Below, piece after piece: positions 51,943 through 64,000 of a stretch of 64,000 nt of DNA (position 1 is the first letter of the stretch; each line of letters begins with the position of its first letter). Where the stretch lies: the NCBI GenBank assembly GCA_001179505.1, contig CDMY01000781.1, positions 124,001-188,000 on the forward strand, written 5' to 3'. The notes under the pieces are model-generated. The model was not told the DNA's origin. It saw only the letters and a list, made by a program, of their open reading frames with translations, and ran no database searches. This DNA is from Vitrella brassicaformis CCMP3155. Taxonomy: Eukaryota; Protista; Chromerida. The translations under genes and the position numbers were made by a program.

Positions 51943-53015
51943 CTACAGGATGTTCCTATCGCCGTTGAGGATAGCGATCGCCCTGTCGGCGTCCTCTGAC
52001 GTCAGCCCTGTCCGGGGGTCAGTCTTGACAAAGTTGGGGTCGTCGAATGAGAAGTCGATGTCGTCCAGGATGACATACCGGTCCACTGAGGGGTTGGCCT
52101 CCAGCCACCTCGATACCTGAATGCAGTGAGTGAGTGCACACGCAGAGAGAGCAGAGAAAGACACAGCACAGCACAGCAAGTGGTGGGTGTGGTTGACCTG
52201 ACCTGTCTGGTTCTGTCTTTGTGTGTGTGTGTGTGTGTGTGTTGGCTACCTCAAGGCTTCTCTGCTCGAATGAGATGGATGGCGTGGCCGAGATCCACAT
52301 CGGGACTCCGTGGCTGAGCAGCTTGTCGCTCGCCAAAGCGCAGTTGGCCTTGTAGTTGCGCCAGCTTGATGAAAACACTATGTCGCACCCAGTCTCGTCA
52401 ACGATTCTCTTCAACTCCCTGTGAACAGACAACACCACACACTGTGTGTGTCTGTGTGTCGTGTACGCTCGGTACTGAACTGCAGCGTCTATTCTACTGA
52501 GCCGCAGCGAGAAGGCCGAGCGCCCGCCCGATGGTTGATGGATGCGCTGGGCGGTGGGGGCCGCAGCCCCCCTGGCTGTCTGCCTTGTGGCGCCATCACA
52601 CACCCATACTTAGCTTGTCATGGCTATCGGCCGTCAGGCAGGTCGCTCGCTACCAATGGTCCCTCCCTCCCTCCCTGTCTGTCTGTCTGTCTGTCTGTCT
52701 GTCTGGTCGTCTTACTTACCTCATGCAATGGGCGCGAAACATCCGCTCGCTGATGCCGAAATCTGTGGCGGAGAGAGGGACACACAGCCAAGACAGATGG
52801 ATGCAAGACCGCAGCTCTCGTGCACTGCACTGCACTGCACTGCCCGCCGTGGCTTCTCTTGTCATATATGCCCGCCCGCGCCTCACCGCCTCACCTGTGT
52901 GTGGGTGCAACACGCCATCCACGTCAAGGAACAAGATCTTCCGCGGACTGGCCGCCTCGCCCTCGGTCTCGGTATCAGACGAAGACAGCCTGTCGATGCT
53001 CATGACGTTCTGCAT
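51943..53015 (-). CDS. HAD-superfamily phosphatase, Swiss-Army-Knife RNA-repair-like (HAD_SAK_2) type
   Basis: KILFLDVDGVLHP (motif I DxD), LKRIVDETGCDIVFSSSWR (motif II), ATP...RSLEVSRWL, YVILDD (motif IV), FVKTDPRTGLTSEDADRAIAILN. Confidence 0.85.
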
Positions 53016-53390
53016 CACACCAACACCCACACAAGCACACGCACACCAACAGCATCCCTCTCTGCGGCATGCCATGCGCTTCGTCTTGTCTCGTTAATTG
53101 TCACCAGCGGCGATTCGGAAGGCTTGGATCTTGTGCTGTCGAGGCGCCGCCGCGCGATTGCAGCTAGAGGACTGAGGAAGGCAGGGGAGTGCGTGGCGCT
53201 TGGCGGCCCGTCAGCGCTGCCCATCTGGTCGACGAGTCTCGAGGACGTCACTTGAGCAGCAAGAGGCAGCAAGAGCAAAGGGAGCATCTGCCGTACAGCC
53301 AGCCTGCCGCTTCGTTCGTTCTCCTCCTCTCTCACTCTGTCTCCAAGCTCGCCATGCGCGAGCTAGAGCAGACTGGTTGCTTCCTTTCTC

Positions 53391-55354
53391 ATGAAGCGAC
53401 GTGTGGAGGATGCTCGTCCTCCCAAGAGGCGGAAGCCGCGACAGCAAGATATCGACTCAGATCTCGAGTCAAACGACGAAGAACCGCAGCTGCACAACAA
53501 GCCCAGGAAAGGGCCATCCATCGACGAGGCTGATATCGGTGAGGAGGAGGGTGAGGACGAGTTGTTCGAGGCGCCCGAGGCCAAGAAGCTGCGGCTCGCC
53601 AAGAGGTACCTGCATGAGCTTGGGATGGGGCGCGACGAGGATGAGGCGGTGGCGCAGAGGCTGCATGAGGAGGTCGCCATCGCCACCAAGAAGATTCACC
53701 ATGAGATCGGACATGAGGTAGGTGAGGTGTCGGTTCATCAGGGTGGAATGAGTGGCCTGTACGAAGTGATCTCCTGTGGGTGCGGGGTGGCTTGGCTGCA
53801 GCTGTCCTTTGGCTCGCCGAGGTTCTACCGAGGTCACAAGCAGACGCCCACGTGTGTCGCAGTGTCGCCTGACGAGCGGTCTGCCTACACAGGCGGCAAG
53901 GACTGCGCCATCATCCAATGTGAGCCGTGAGCAGGAAGCAAACGACTATCCAGGATCACCCACGCCATGGATGTTTGGCCAGGGGACCTTGAGACCGGTC
54001 AGAAGACCGTCTTCCCCGGCCTGAGGCGGCAGCCTGATAAGGGGGGCCACACAGAACAGGTGTGACGTGATGTGACGAGGGCAAGCCAGAGTGGCTGGCC
54101 AGCATGGCATGCACAAAGTACATCTGAGCTGAGTTGATTTGCTTTCCTCAGGTGTGTGTGTGTGTGTGTGTGTGTGAACAGCAGGTGCTGGACCTGTGCG
54201 TGAGTGAGGATGCCAACCTGGTCGTGTCTGCAGGAGTGGACCGCATCATCAGGCTGTGGGACATCCGCCGGCCGGGAACACGGTGTGTGGACGAGCTCAA
54301 GGGTCACACGGGAGCTGTCACGGTGAGTGAGAAAGGAAGGAGCCAAGGAGCCCTTTTCTTCGCTTACTTACACGGCTGTTGGTTGTGTTGTGTGGTGTGG
54401 CTGACTCGTGCCCTGTCCTGTATGGTATGCAGTGTGTTTGTGCTGACCCCGACGCCAGCACGAATCGAGTGTACACGGCCTCCAACGACAAGTCCATCAA
54501 GATATGGGACCTCAACACACGGAGCTACGTCAACACGCTCTACGGCCACACATCCAAGGTGCTCTGCATGGACATACTCGCCAGAGACCGACCCCTTACA
54601 GGTCAGTCAGGTGGGGGAGACAGAGGAGAGAGACACCCAAGGCACAACTAGCGCACACACCACACCACACCACACCACCCCCTCATCTCTTGCCCTGCCC
54701 TGACTGACCCACGTCACGTGTGGCTCACCTCCTTCAGGTGGTGAGGACAGGACGGTTCGATACTGGAAGATGACCCAGGAGACCCACCTGATCTTTCAGC
54801 CCCCCCAGACCCTCGGCCCCATCGACGCCGTCAGCGCCCTTACCGCACAGCTCTTCGCATCAGGCGCTCAGGACGGGTGAGCGAGAGCCATGGGGACCTA
54901 GTGCTGGCAGGCAGGCATTGGCCCATTAATTGTGAGATGTATGTCTGTCAGGTCTGTGTCGTTGTGGAGCATCTCCAGCCGCAAGCCGCTGGCAACGATC
55001 CCCAACGCTCATGGCGGACAGTGGATAACCGCTCTGGTGAGTCGGACGGACGGATGAGATGAGCGCAGATTCATGCCTGCCTGTGTGGCTTCCTTCTTGC
55101 TTTGTATATCTTATGGGTTTCTGCGGATGTAATATGTCCACTAGGCGTCAGTGCGTTACAGCGACGCGTTCTTCTCAGGCAGCTGTGACGGTGTGCTGCG
55201 GGCGTGGCACTCCAAGAAGGGACCCACAGACACCGCCAAGAGCAAACCCACAGTGACACAAGTCGCCGAGGCATCTGTGGTCAGTCAGTGAGGCCACGTC
55301 ATGTGGCACCATAGACGATATATGCGATATGCAAGGCGCATGTGTTCATGGGTA

Positions 55355-55389
<35 letters not shown>

Positions 55390-55703
55390 TGTGTGTCTCT
55401 TGCTGTGTGTCCGTCCACCAGGATGGCTGCATCACTTCCATGTGTGTGGCCCCCAAGGGCGGCTTTCTGCTCGCCGCCGTGGGAAAGGAACACAGACACG
55501 GACGGTCAGCCAGCCAGCCAGTCCGTCAGTCAAGACCAGGCCGGCTGCGTGTCTGTCTGCACATACCTACCCACTGTGCTGTGCAGTGCACGTGTGTGTG
55601 TGTGGGTTTGTGTTAATTGTGCAGGTGGATCAGCATGAAGGGCGTCAAGAATGGGCTTGTGAGGATACCCCTGCACTTCACGGGGGCGGGCGAGCTGAGG
55701 TGA
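53391..55703 (+). CDS. RRP9: U3 snoRNP-associated WD40 protein (U3-55K)
   Basis: Basic/acidic N-terminus with EAKKLRLAKRYL; GHKQTPTCVAVS...YTGGKDCAIIQWD; LYGHTSKV; GGEDRTVRYWK..ETHLIF; terminal AAVGKEHRHGRW, the characteristic RRP9 C-terminal motif. Confidence 0.93.
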
Positions 55704-56210
55704 TCGATATCTGTTAATTGTCGGCCAGAAGAGAGCGTGGGCGTGTGTGGGGATTGGATTGGTGTACATGGGCAGCTGAGTGAGGTGAGGTGACAGCGGG
55801 CTTTGTATAGCTGGACGTATAGTATGTATGGACCAAACGGGCTGCAGACAGACTGCATATATAAGGGATTACTCGGATGAATGCACGACAGGACACGCAT
55901 AGCATAATGGGCGGACACCCCCGATCCATGATCCATACATACATGACACACACGTCACGGAAGCAAAGTGACTGACTGGCGTCACACCATTTCATGGGGA
56001 GGCAGGCATTGCACATGTGAGTAGCCTGCCTGACAAATACACCACACACACGCACACGCACACGCAATGCACCCACTCACTCCCAGCCAACCCGCCGCCA
56101 TCTGCCTCTACAAAGCAGTTGCTGCAGCCCCTAACACACTCATGGGATGAGTCTCACAGCCATGCAGGCTGGGCTGCACAGGCAGGCCACCCCTCCTCTC
56201 CCTCCCCTAC

Positions 56211-59200
56211 CTAGCTAGGTGCGGGGCCTGCCTCTGTCTCGGCGAGTGGCCTCCATATCTTCAAACTACGATCGTTGGAGGCCGACACAAAGAACCGGTC
56301 GCAGGCTATCAGCTGGTTCACCGAGCCAGCAGAGTGCCTGCATCGTAGATGTGTCAACACATCAATCCACCTATAGCTATGCGCGTGTGTCTTGTCTGTC
56401 TGTCTTGTGTCAAGCCACCGCACCTTAGGTGTGGTTCGAGTGGTTTGAGTGAGAGCCTTGCGGCATTGCCGGACGGGCCGGGCTGCGTCTCGGCCTGCGA
56501 TGACGACTGATTCCACCCATACTGCCAGCACTTGATGTACCCATCCCTGCAGGCACACCAACACACCACACACGGAAAGAGACACATAGATGGATGGATG
56601 GTCATTTTTCTTTCTCTCTCTGGGTGAGCTGAATGGAATGCGTGCCTGTCGGATGAGAGCAGGAGGGATCTGCCCGGTATCCTTGCGAACGACGACAGGC
56701 AGCTGGTGTGCGCGTTGAGGTAGCAGCAGTCCTGGCTGGGCACCGACTCGCCCCCCTGGCCGCTGCCCCCGCCCAGCGACTGCCGCGTCTCCCGCGAGCA
56801 GTACCACGAGCGGATGTGCTTGTCCTTCCCACCAGACGCCACAAACACCCCGCCCCTCGGCGGCCTCTCCCTCTCGCCATCCCCACCATCCCCACCCTCT
56901 CTGCCGGCCGCCGCAGATGACGGTTCTGCCTCTGAACCTTCTGAGGATGCAGCAGGCGGCACGACGGCCATGTCGTCAGTGGGCAGCATGCCCAGACACA
57001 TGACACTGTCGTAGTGGGGCGGCTGGAGGGACACCCAGCTTTCGGACCACAGGCGCACCGTGTGGTTGCGGCCAGCTGTGACCAGCCCTCGGCATATGCG
57101 CCGGTTGCGCGTGTCGGCCGGGCTAGGGCTTGCTGTTGAGTGTGGGGTGGCGCTGCTGCTGGTGTCTGAGGGCGGGCTCATGCTGCTGTCACGGCTGGGG
57201 GTGTGGTCTGGGAGGGGGACGGAGGAGGGGGGCTGCTCGGGTGACTCGGTGTCTGGTACGATCCATGGGAGATAGGCCAAAGCCAGCTGCTCGTTCTTGC
57301 CTGATGTGCGCAGCGCAGATAGATCATTTCAGGTCGTGTAGGTCTGACTCACTCATCCATCCATCGATTGCATTGCTGTGCTGTGCTGGGCTGCCTGCCT
57401 GCCTCACTGCCTGACTGACTGACCGCTTTGTGTGGACATCCGCAGGACGTAGGTCTGTTTGGTTTGGTTGCGGATATCAAAGAGCCTGATATACCCATCA
57501 TGACAGCTGGCTGCCACGTACATTCCGAGCTGGCTGCCGCTCTCCGTGGCCGGGTTGAGGAGACACAGCGTCTGCACACTCGTGGGCGCCTTCTCGCCAC
57601 AGTACCACACCAACACGGGGTCGCTCGGGGCTGCACGATTACACATACATGCATGCAATCAATGCAGACGGGAGGGAGAATCAGTGGACTGTGGCATCAC
57701 CTCGGATGTCGAAGACTTTGACGAATGAGCCGATGGCGGCGACGAGCAGCTTGCCGTTCTCAGCAGGCTTCAGACACCGCACAAACGGCTGCGAACTCTT
57801 CTCGATGCTCCTGCAAACACAACACAGCACAGCACAGCATTGAGGTGGAGGTGCTTCTGTGCTGTGCTGTGCTGTGGTGTGGTTTAGTGTTGTGCCGGTC
57901 ACCCTCTAAAGGTGTATTCCCATGTGGGCTCTTCCATCGCAGTGCTCATGTCCCACTGCCTGTGTAGAGTGAGTGCATCGGCATGTGTCTTTGCGAGGCA
58001 TCCGTGTGTCTCTCTCACTTGACGCAGTTGAGCGAGCCCGAAAATATGGACGACGGCATCGAGAGAGACGTGTTGCCGCCGAACTCGTGATCCGTGTCGA
58101 AGCAGATGCTGAATAACATAACGACCACACACAGACACAGACACAGACACGGATGAGAGGACACCTGCAGACAGACACCAGAACGGCCCGCCCCTTGCGC
58201 ACCTGAGCACGTGGTACTCGTGCGCCTGCGGTCGCTTTATGATCATTTCAAAGTGCGGCGATCTCGATATCTCCTCCTCGACAGTCGAGTACGCCGCAGC
58301 AGCCGATGCGGGCCGCGGGGCAGGTGGGAAGAGGCCGCTCCGCGTCTTGACGAAGTGCATGCCATACGAGCTCGACAGATCTCTGCTGTGCTTCTCCTCG
58401 GGGGCCGCCTGTGTGCTGGCCGGTGGTGCCTCCTCGTCGCCCCACTTTCTGGCCGCCCCGCCGACCTCCGTCAGCCCCTTGGTGAGCCGCTGAAAGACGT
58501 TGATGGAGGAGGGCTTCCTGTCGTCACCTTCACCACCGGGCTGCTGCGATCTGTCGTCCACTTTCTTCTTCCCTCTGGATGGAGCGGGGATGGCCGATGG
58601 GGGGCCTTTGGCTGGTCGTGCCCTGCCGCCGTGTTGTCTCCTGAGGCTGTCGAGGGAGTCTGTGGATGCATGGTGGTGGCCAGAGCGGCTGACGGCCGGG
58701 ACGGGAGTGGACGAGCGGATGGCTGGCCGCGGTCTGGCAGGAGCGACAATCGAAGGATGAGGAATGTGTGTTGCCTTGTGTTATAGTGTGCACACGCCAA
58801 CTCACCTTCTGTGCATTTCTTGTGGGTCCTGCGCCTCGCCAGAGCGCCTGAGCTTGCTGTCCTTCCTGCCAGTGGGCGGCAACCCCGTCGCCGACCCCTT
58901 CTTGGCCTCACTCGGCTCATTCAGGTTAGGATCAGACAGCGACCGCCTGGCCATCCTGAGGTTGCGTCTCTCCTCCCATGGCCCATCATCCCCCTCTCCC
59001 TCGACCGTCGGCGTGGCTGCCGCTTCCTCCTCCCCCCGCTGCGAGGTGTCCTGAGACCGGGCCGTCTCATAAGACCTGACAGCCCCACTCCTCTGCTTTC
59101 CGCCCTTGCCGTCGCCGTCATCGTACGCAGCCGACAGCGACACAGGCTCGTCTTTCCTCTCCGACGCCTGTGAGGACCCCAGTGCAGGCGTGGCGAACGA

Positions 59201-62155
59201 CGACTGGCGGGATGCTGAGGTGTCGTCGGCCGTCTGCGCCTCCTGCTGCCATGGGGAGATGGATCTTGGCGGGGATGAGGGGTTGATGCCCGTGAAGCCC
59301 TTGCGGAAGGGGTAGTGGGCCTTGCCTGGGGGGGAGGCGGACGTGGCACTGCCGCCGGGCACCTGCAGGGCGCGCATCTTCTTCTTGTAGGCTTCGCGCT
59401 CCTTCTCGCGGGCGGCCTGCTCGGCCTCCAGCTGGGCTCTGAGGAGTAAATGGATGAGAGACGCACGAGAATGGATGACAGGGAGGGTGTCCGTGGTTGG
59501 GTTGTGCTCTGTGTGTACCTGAGCTGCCGGATGTCCTCTTCCCTCTGTGCGAGCTGCATGTCCATCTCCTCCTTCTCGGCACGGTAGTTCTCCTCATTCA
59601 GCGTCAGCTCCTCTATCCGCTGACTGCAGCCACACATCACACACACACACACACACAAATGTACACATCGACGTCTCCTCCCTGGCGAGGCTCACTTACC
59701 GCTGCAGTTCGATTTGTTCGAACTGGAATTGCGCCCTCTCCTTCAGTTCCTCTATCTCCTCTGTCGAGGCATTCACCACCTCCTGATACTCATCGGCTTC
59801 CTCAGCCTCCTCCTCGTCCTCAGGCGACCTAGGTAGCGGCGCAGGTGGCGTCCCAGACACCTCAGAGGGGTTGGGGGTCTCGTCGCCGCCCGCAGCAGAA
59901 GGCAGATCCGGCTTGGCCGACACCGACACGGGAGAGAGGAACACCTCACCCTCTTTCTTGTTGGCCGTCTCGACCGTCGGTGGCGGCTTTGGCTCGGCTG
60001 CTGCCTCTGCTGCCTCCTCTGCTGCTGGTGCCTCGGCCTCGGCTTCGCCCTCTTCCTTCTTGGCGGCCTCTTCGATGATGCGGCTGAATGGTCGGTCCTC
60101 CCTCTTGCCGCCCTTGCGCTTGTCGGGGGATGCATTGGGGGTCTCGCTCTCGTTGCTGGTCTCCCGACGGACAAATTTGCGGGCGGAGGGGGGCGGGGCC
60201 TTGCCGCTGAGCGCACCGGGAAACAGGACGCGGCCTCGCCTCGCCAGCCACCGCCGCTTGGGCAAAGCGGGTGTGCGGTTGTCGGGCTTGCCTGTGACGG
60301 TCGAGGGTCCGGTGGAGTCTGGCATGGGTGACGCGTTGCGTCTGAGGGCCCAGTCCATGAGAAGCAGCTTGTCCTCGTTGAATTTCTTCTGCAGGTCGAG
60401 GTGCTGTCGCTGGTTCTCGATCTTGAGCACCTCGTTGGCCTTCTTGAGCTCGCCGAGCAGCGTCTGGATCTCTTGGTTCTCGCCCTCGAGCTCGATGACG
60501 CGGTTGGTGGCGCCGCGCTCCTCAAGACGCGAATCCAGCAGCTCCTCCAGGAAGATCTGAGCAACGGTCGTGATGGCCGTGCGTGGGAGTGATTGATGTG
60601 ATGCCCGTCATTCATCTGACCTTGGCGAAGAAGTCCATGTTCTGCTGGAAGGTCTTGAGAATGTCCTCCTCGCTCAGGTGCGCATTCCGCAACTCATCCT
60701 GCATCGCACACACAGAGGGAGGGAAAGAGGGGAGACACACGCGCTGGTTGGCGGTTTGTGAGAGGTTGACAGGTGTGTGTGTTGGGCTTGCCTTTTGCTT
60801 TCTGATCATTTTGCGTTTGTAGCTGAGTTCCTCGGTGTATGTGTCGAGCTGGTCCTTGGCGTCGTTCCACTGACGCCACATGACCTCCATGCGAGACTCA
60901 GTGCCACTGCGCACAATAGCAAGCGCATCAACACATTGGTCTCATTTGTTCCGCTTGTGTGTGCGAGTGTCTCACCCGTGCATCTGCAGTGACAGCTCCA
61001 CGGTGCGAAGGTGCTTCTGCTGCTCACACATCTGACGATCACACACGCGCAGACCACTACACTCACTCACTCACTCACTCGTGCGGTGTTCCTTCCGACT
61101 GCTCGCCTCCCTCTTTGTATACCTACCTGGTCGGCGAGCTCCTCCTCTTCCTTTTTGAGTTGCGCCAGCTGCTGCTCAATGGCCCGCCACTTGACCTTGC
61201 CCTCGATGACGCTCCGCAGCCACGCTTTCATCTCCTTCGTGAACCCATCCTCGATGTCGTCCTTGTCGGCCTTGTCGTCGCCCCGCTTGGACTTGGTCGA
61301 CGGCAGCGCGCCACTCTGCGACCGTAGGATGTTGCTTGTACCTGTGCTGCCCGTGGTGGTGCTTGTTATGCCTGGCTGCTGCTGCTGCTGCTGCTGTGTC
61401 GGTGAGGCACTGACGATTGACTGCTGCTTGTGTCTCCTGGCACCGATGCGCCGCTCCTGCATGAGTTCCATGACGCGCATGCGGCGCGAGAGCTCCTCGT
61501 TCTTCTTGCGGAGGGTGAGGACGTGCTGCCTGTCGCGGTCTTCGCGGCGCTGGTGCTCGGCCCGCTGGCGCTGCTCCCGCCGCTTGAGCTGCGAGATCGT
61601 CTGCTCCTTCTTCTGCAATATGTCACGGTGTCTGACAGGTGGAAAGGCACACCAACCATGACACAAACATGAGACAGAGAGAGAGAGATGGATTGGTGGC
61701 TCACTTGCGCTCTTGTTCCTGCAGTCTTTTGGCGGTTTTGGCCCTCTCCTGTTTGAGTTTGGTGAGGTCGTTGGAGAGCTTGGCGATCTGCCCGTCGCTC
61801 TCGGCCTTCTTGCGGTGCATGCTGTCGCGCTCACGCTGCAACTGGGCTATCTGACGACGGTAATCGTCAACCTAAATGAGAGATCAGCGACACGGGCACA
61901 CACTGATGGGTTGGATGGCGCATGTCAGTGCAGCTGCTGACTGACCTTTCTCATGGTCTGCTGGAAGGACACCTCGATTTTCTTGAGCTCTGTTTGGTCC
62001 TTCTCGCGGTTGGTCTTTTTGAGTTTGTCCATCTTGGCCTTCATCTCCTCCCTCTGGTACTCCATCTCGCGCAGCTGCGTCTGCAGGTCCGTGATCTGAC
62101 TCACCAAACCGCTGAACAACAAATCCCAATTCTTGTTCTCGGCCTTGTAACCCTG

Positions 62156-62189
<34 letters not shown>

Positions 62190-64000
62190 GAGAGGCATGT
62201 GTTGTGTGCTTGGTTGTCGTGTGGGTTTGTGTGCGTGCCTGCAGGAGGGTTTCGTTTTGTCCGATGGAGTTGTCGAGGTGCCTCAGGTTGTCCCGCAGGT
62301 ATGCCTCCTCAGCCAACGCATCAGAACAACCCTGAACAAAGCCAACGAACACACAGCACCCCACATTTATCCATCCGCCCTGCCGTTCACACGTGCGAAT
62401 GTGAATCTACGTACCTCAAGTATGCCCAGCGCAGCACTCTGTTCCTCAGGCGGCGCGTTGAGTATGTCATCGACCTCATCCTGGCTGAGCCCCAGTGCCT
62501 CCAGCTTGGACATGTCCACCGTGGACCGCCGCTCCGCCTCCGCCATCTTGGCCGCCGCCGCAGCACCACCACCGACCTCACCCTCAATGGCAGTGTCGTC
62601 CTCATCTTTGTCGTCTCCCTTCTCCTCATCCCCACCACCAGCTGCAGTAGCATCGTCCTGCGGCTGCTGCTCGAGGGGGTTAGGGGGGAAGGACGACGAG
62701 CGGGGCACGTGATGAATGACGGGCTTGGCGGGGCCGGTGAGGGTGGTGTCGTCTTTCTGTGCGGTGTCTGCTGGGTCTGGGGCGGACTTCTTGCTGGCGA
62801 GTGTCGTCTTGAAGAGTGCCAGGCGGCGCTTGTACTCGGCCAGCTCAGTCTGCAGGTTGTCAGCGGTGCTGCTCTTGTCCGCCAGCTGACGGTGGGCGTC
62901 GTCCAGCCGGTGCTGCGTGCTGTCCAGACGAGAGCGAAGATCCTGCACCTGATACTCGAGAGCCTGATGGTGACAATGTATCCACACACAGCCATGGAGA
63001 CCATGTTGCCGCCAATCGTGATACTGACTCACCCTCTTCTGCTCCATTAGAGCGTGTACGTCCTCTAGGCCCCTCTTGAGTGTGTTCTCCTTGTCTGCGA
63101 TGACCTCATCCGGCACCTGCATGCCCCGCTCCTCCACCCACTCACGCAGCGCCTCCAACTGGGCCGCCACCGCACCCCGCCCCCTCTCGGCCGCACTCCT
63201 GTCGTCCTCAGCCCGCCGCAGCTGACCCGTCATGGCTTTCATGCGATCCTCCAGCTCACTCAGCGTCATGCCGGACGGCCCCCGCGCCTCCCCGTACTCG
63301 ACGCCCGGCTCTTCTGGGAGGCCGCTGAGGCGTCTCTTGGCGTCTGCTCGTCTGCAGAGCATCAGCTGGTTGGTGAGCTGGAGTATCTGCTGCCTGTAGC
63401 CCTCGATGAGGGCGGCCGTGGGGTCGCGGTTGATGACCGGCGTGTTCTTGATGTTGCGGGCGCGCGAGGCGTACTTGATGGTGTTGTACGTCTCGGCGAA
63501 GTCCGCCTGGGAACCCGACACACACGCGATCATCACTGTCTTGCTGTTGCCACCCAACGAGTCCTGCAGACACAACAAACAGCCTGCCGAGTGTCAGGAC
63601 GGCCCATCGGTCAGCGTGTCAGTCACCTGGAGGATGCGCGTGAGTTTGGAGTCTCTGTAGGGCACATGGTGGTGCGCCCCATCGGCACTGGGCTCCTCAG
63701 TGAGGGCGCAGATGACGTTGCCCAGTGCGAGCAGCCCCGCGTTGATGTGGATGCCCTCCTTGAGCCGCCCGCCCGTCGCCTGCGTCCTCTTGACGCGCTC
63801 GGACCCAGCCAAATCGACAAAGTGGAACTTGGACACTGAGGACACACGCCGAGAGAGTGCATGTGTATACCACACGACAACATCGATTGCTCTCCTCACT
63901 TCTGAAGTCAAATATGGTTGGGTCTTCGGGTCCGGGAGGTGGTGGCGGCATGCCGTCGGCCTCGATGCCCTCCGCTGCCTCTCCCTGCCCCTCCATGTCA
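56211..64000 (-). CDS. Kinesin-4 family, KIF21-like (motor, coiled coil, 7 WD40 repeats); 5' end lies beyond the window
   Basis: [74 protein letters not shown]; coiled-coil exons; junctions at 58808/58738, 58203/58106 and 57681/57636 join in frame into WD40 repeats ending [14 protein letters not shown]. Confidence 0.92.

Noticed and set aside
52413-52717. Possible cryptic or poison exon inside the unusually long HAD-gene intron
   Set aside because: Internal donor-like sites exist (GTATGG, GTACAC), but direct splicing already gives the expected in-frame HAD sequence and I could not define a convincing exon.
56211-57925. Separate WD40 gene downstream of the kinesin
   Set aside because: No good independent start, and the exons splice in frame to the kinesin tail, giving the KIF21 architecture.

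Overview
This is intron-rich eukaryotic nuclear DNA, not prokaryotic. The short introns packed with (CA)n/(TG)n/(GTCT)n/(GATG)n microsatellites, the GTCAGT/GTGAGT/GTAAGC donors and a likely bipartite plastid-targeting leader suggest a chromerid alveolate such as Vitrella brassicaformis (inference). I reconstructed about 17 multi- or single-exon genes by hand, many in head-to-head pairs: a TM plus coiled-coil protein, a giant coiled-coil protein with an NLS-like tail, PP2A catalytic subunit, a PITH-domain protein, a permuted papain-like conserved protein, a secreted unknown, an LRR-like lineage-specific protein, a large WD40 protein, a hypothetical protein, a tropinone-reductase-like SDR with a signal-like leader, an IQ-repeat/CBM48 fusion, an intronless plastid-leader protein, an acidic nuclear hypothetical, a ZIP transporter carrying two cNMP-binding domains, a SAK-type HAD phosphatase, RRP9, and a KIF21-like kinesin-4 with a WD40 tail that runs off the window end. 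There are three 300-N assembly gaps. I found no rRNA, tRNA, CRISPR or transposon signature. The best candidates for undescribed biology are the cNMP-domain ZIP transporter, the IQ-CBM48 protein and the 5'-AC/3'-GT self-complementary intron architecture. CDS coordinates span first to last exon, and all domain calls are by eye, not from database searches.
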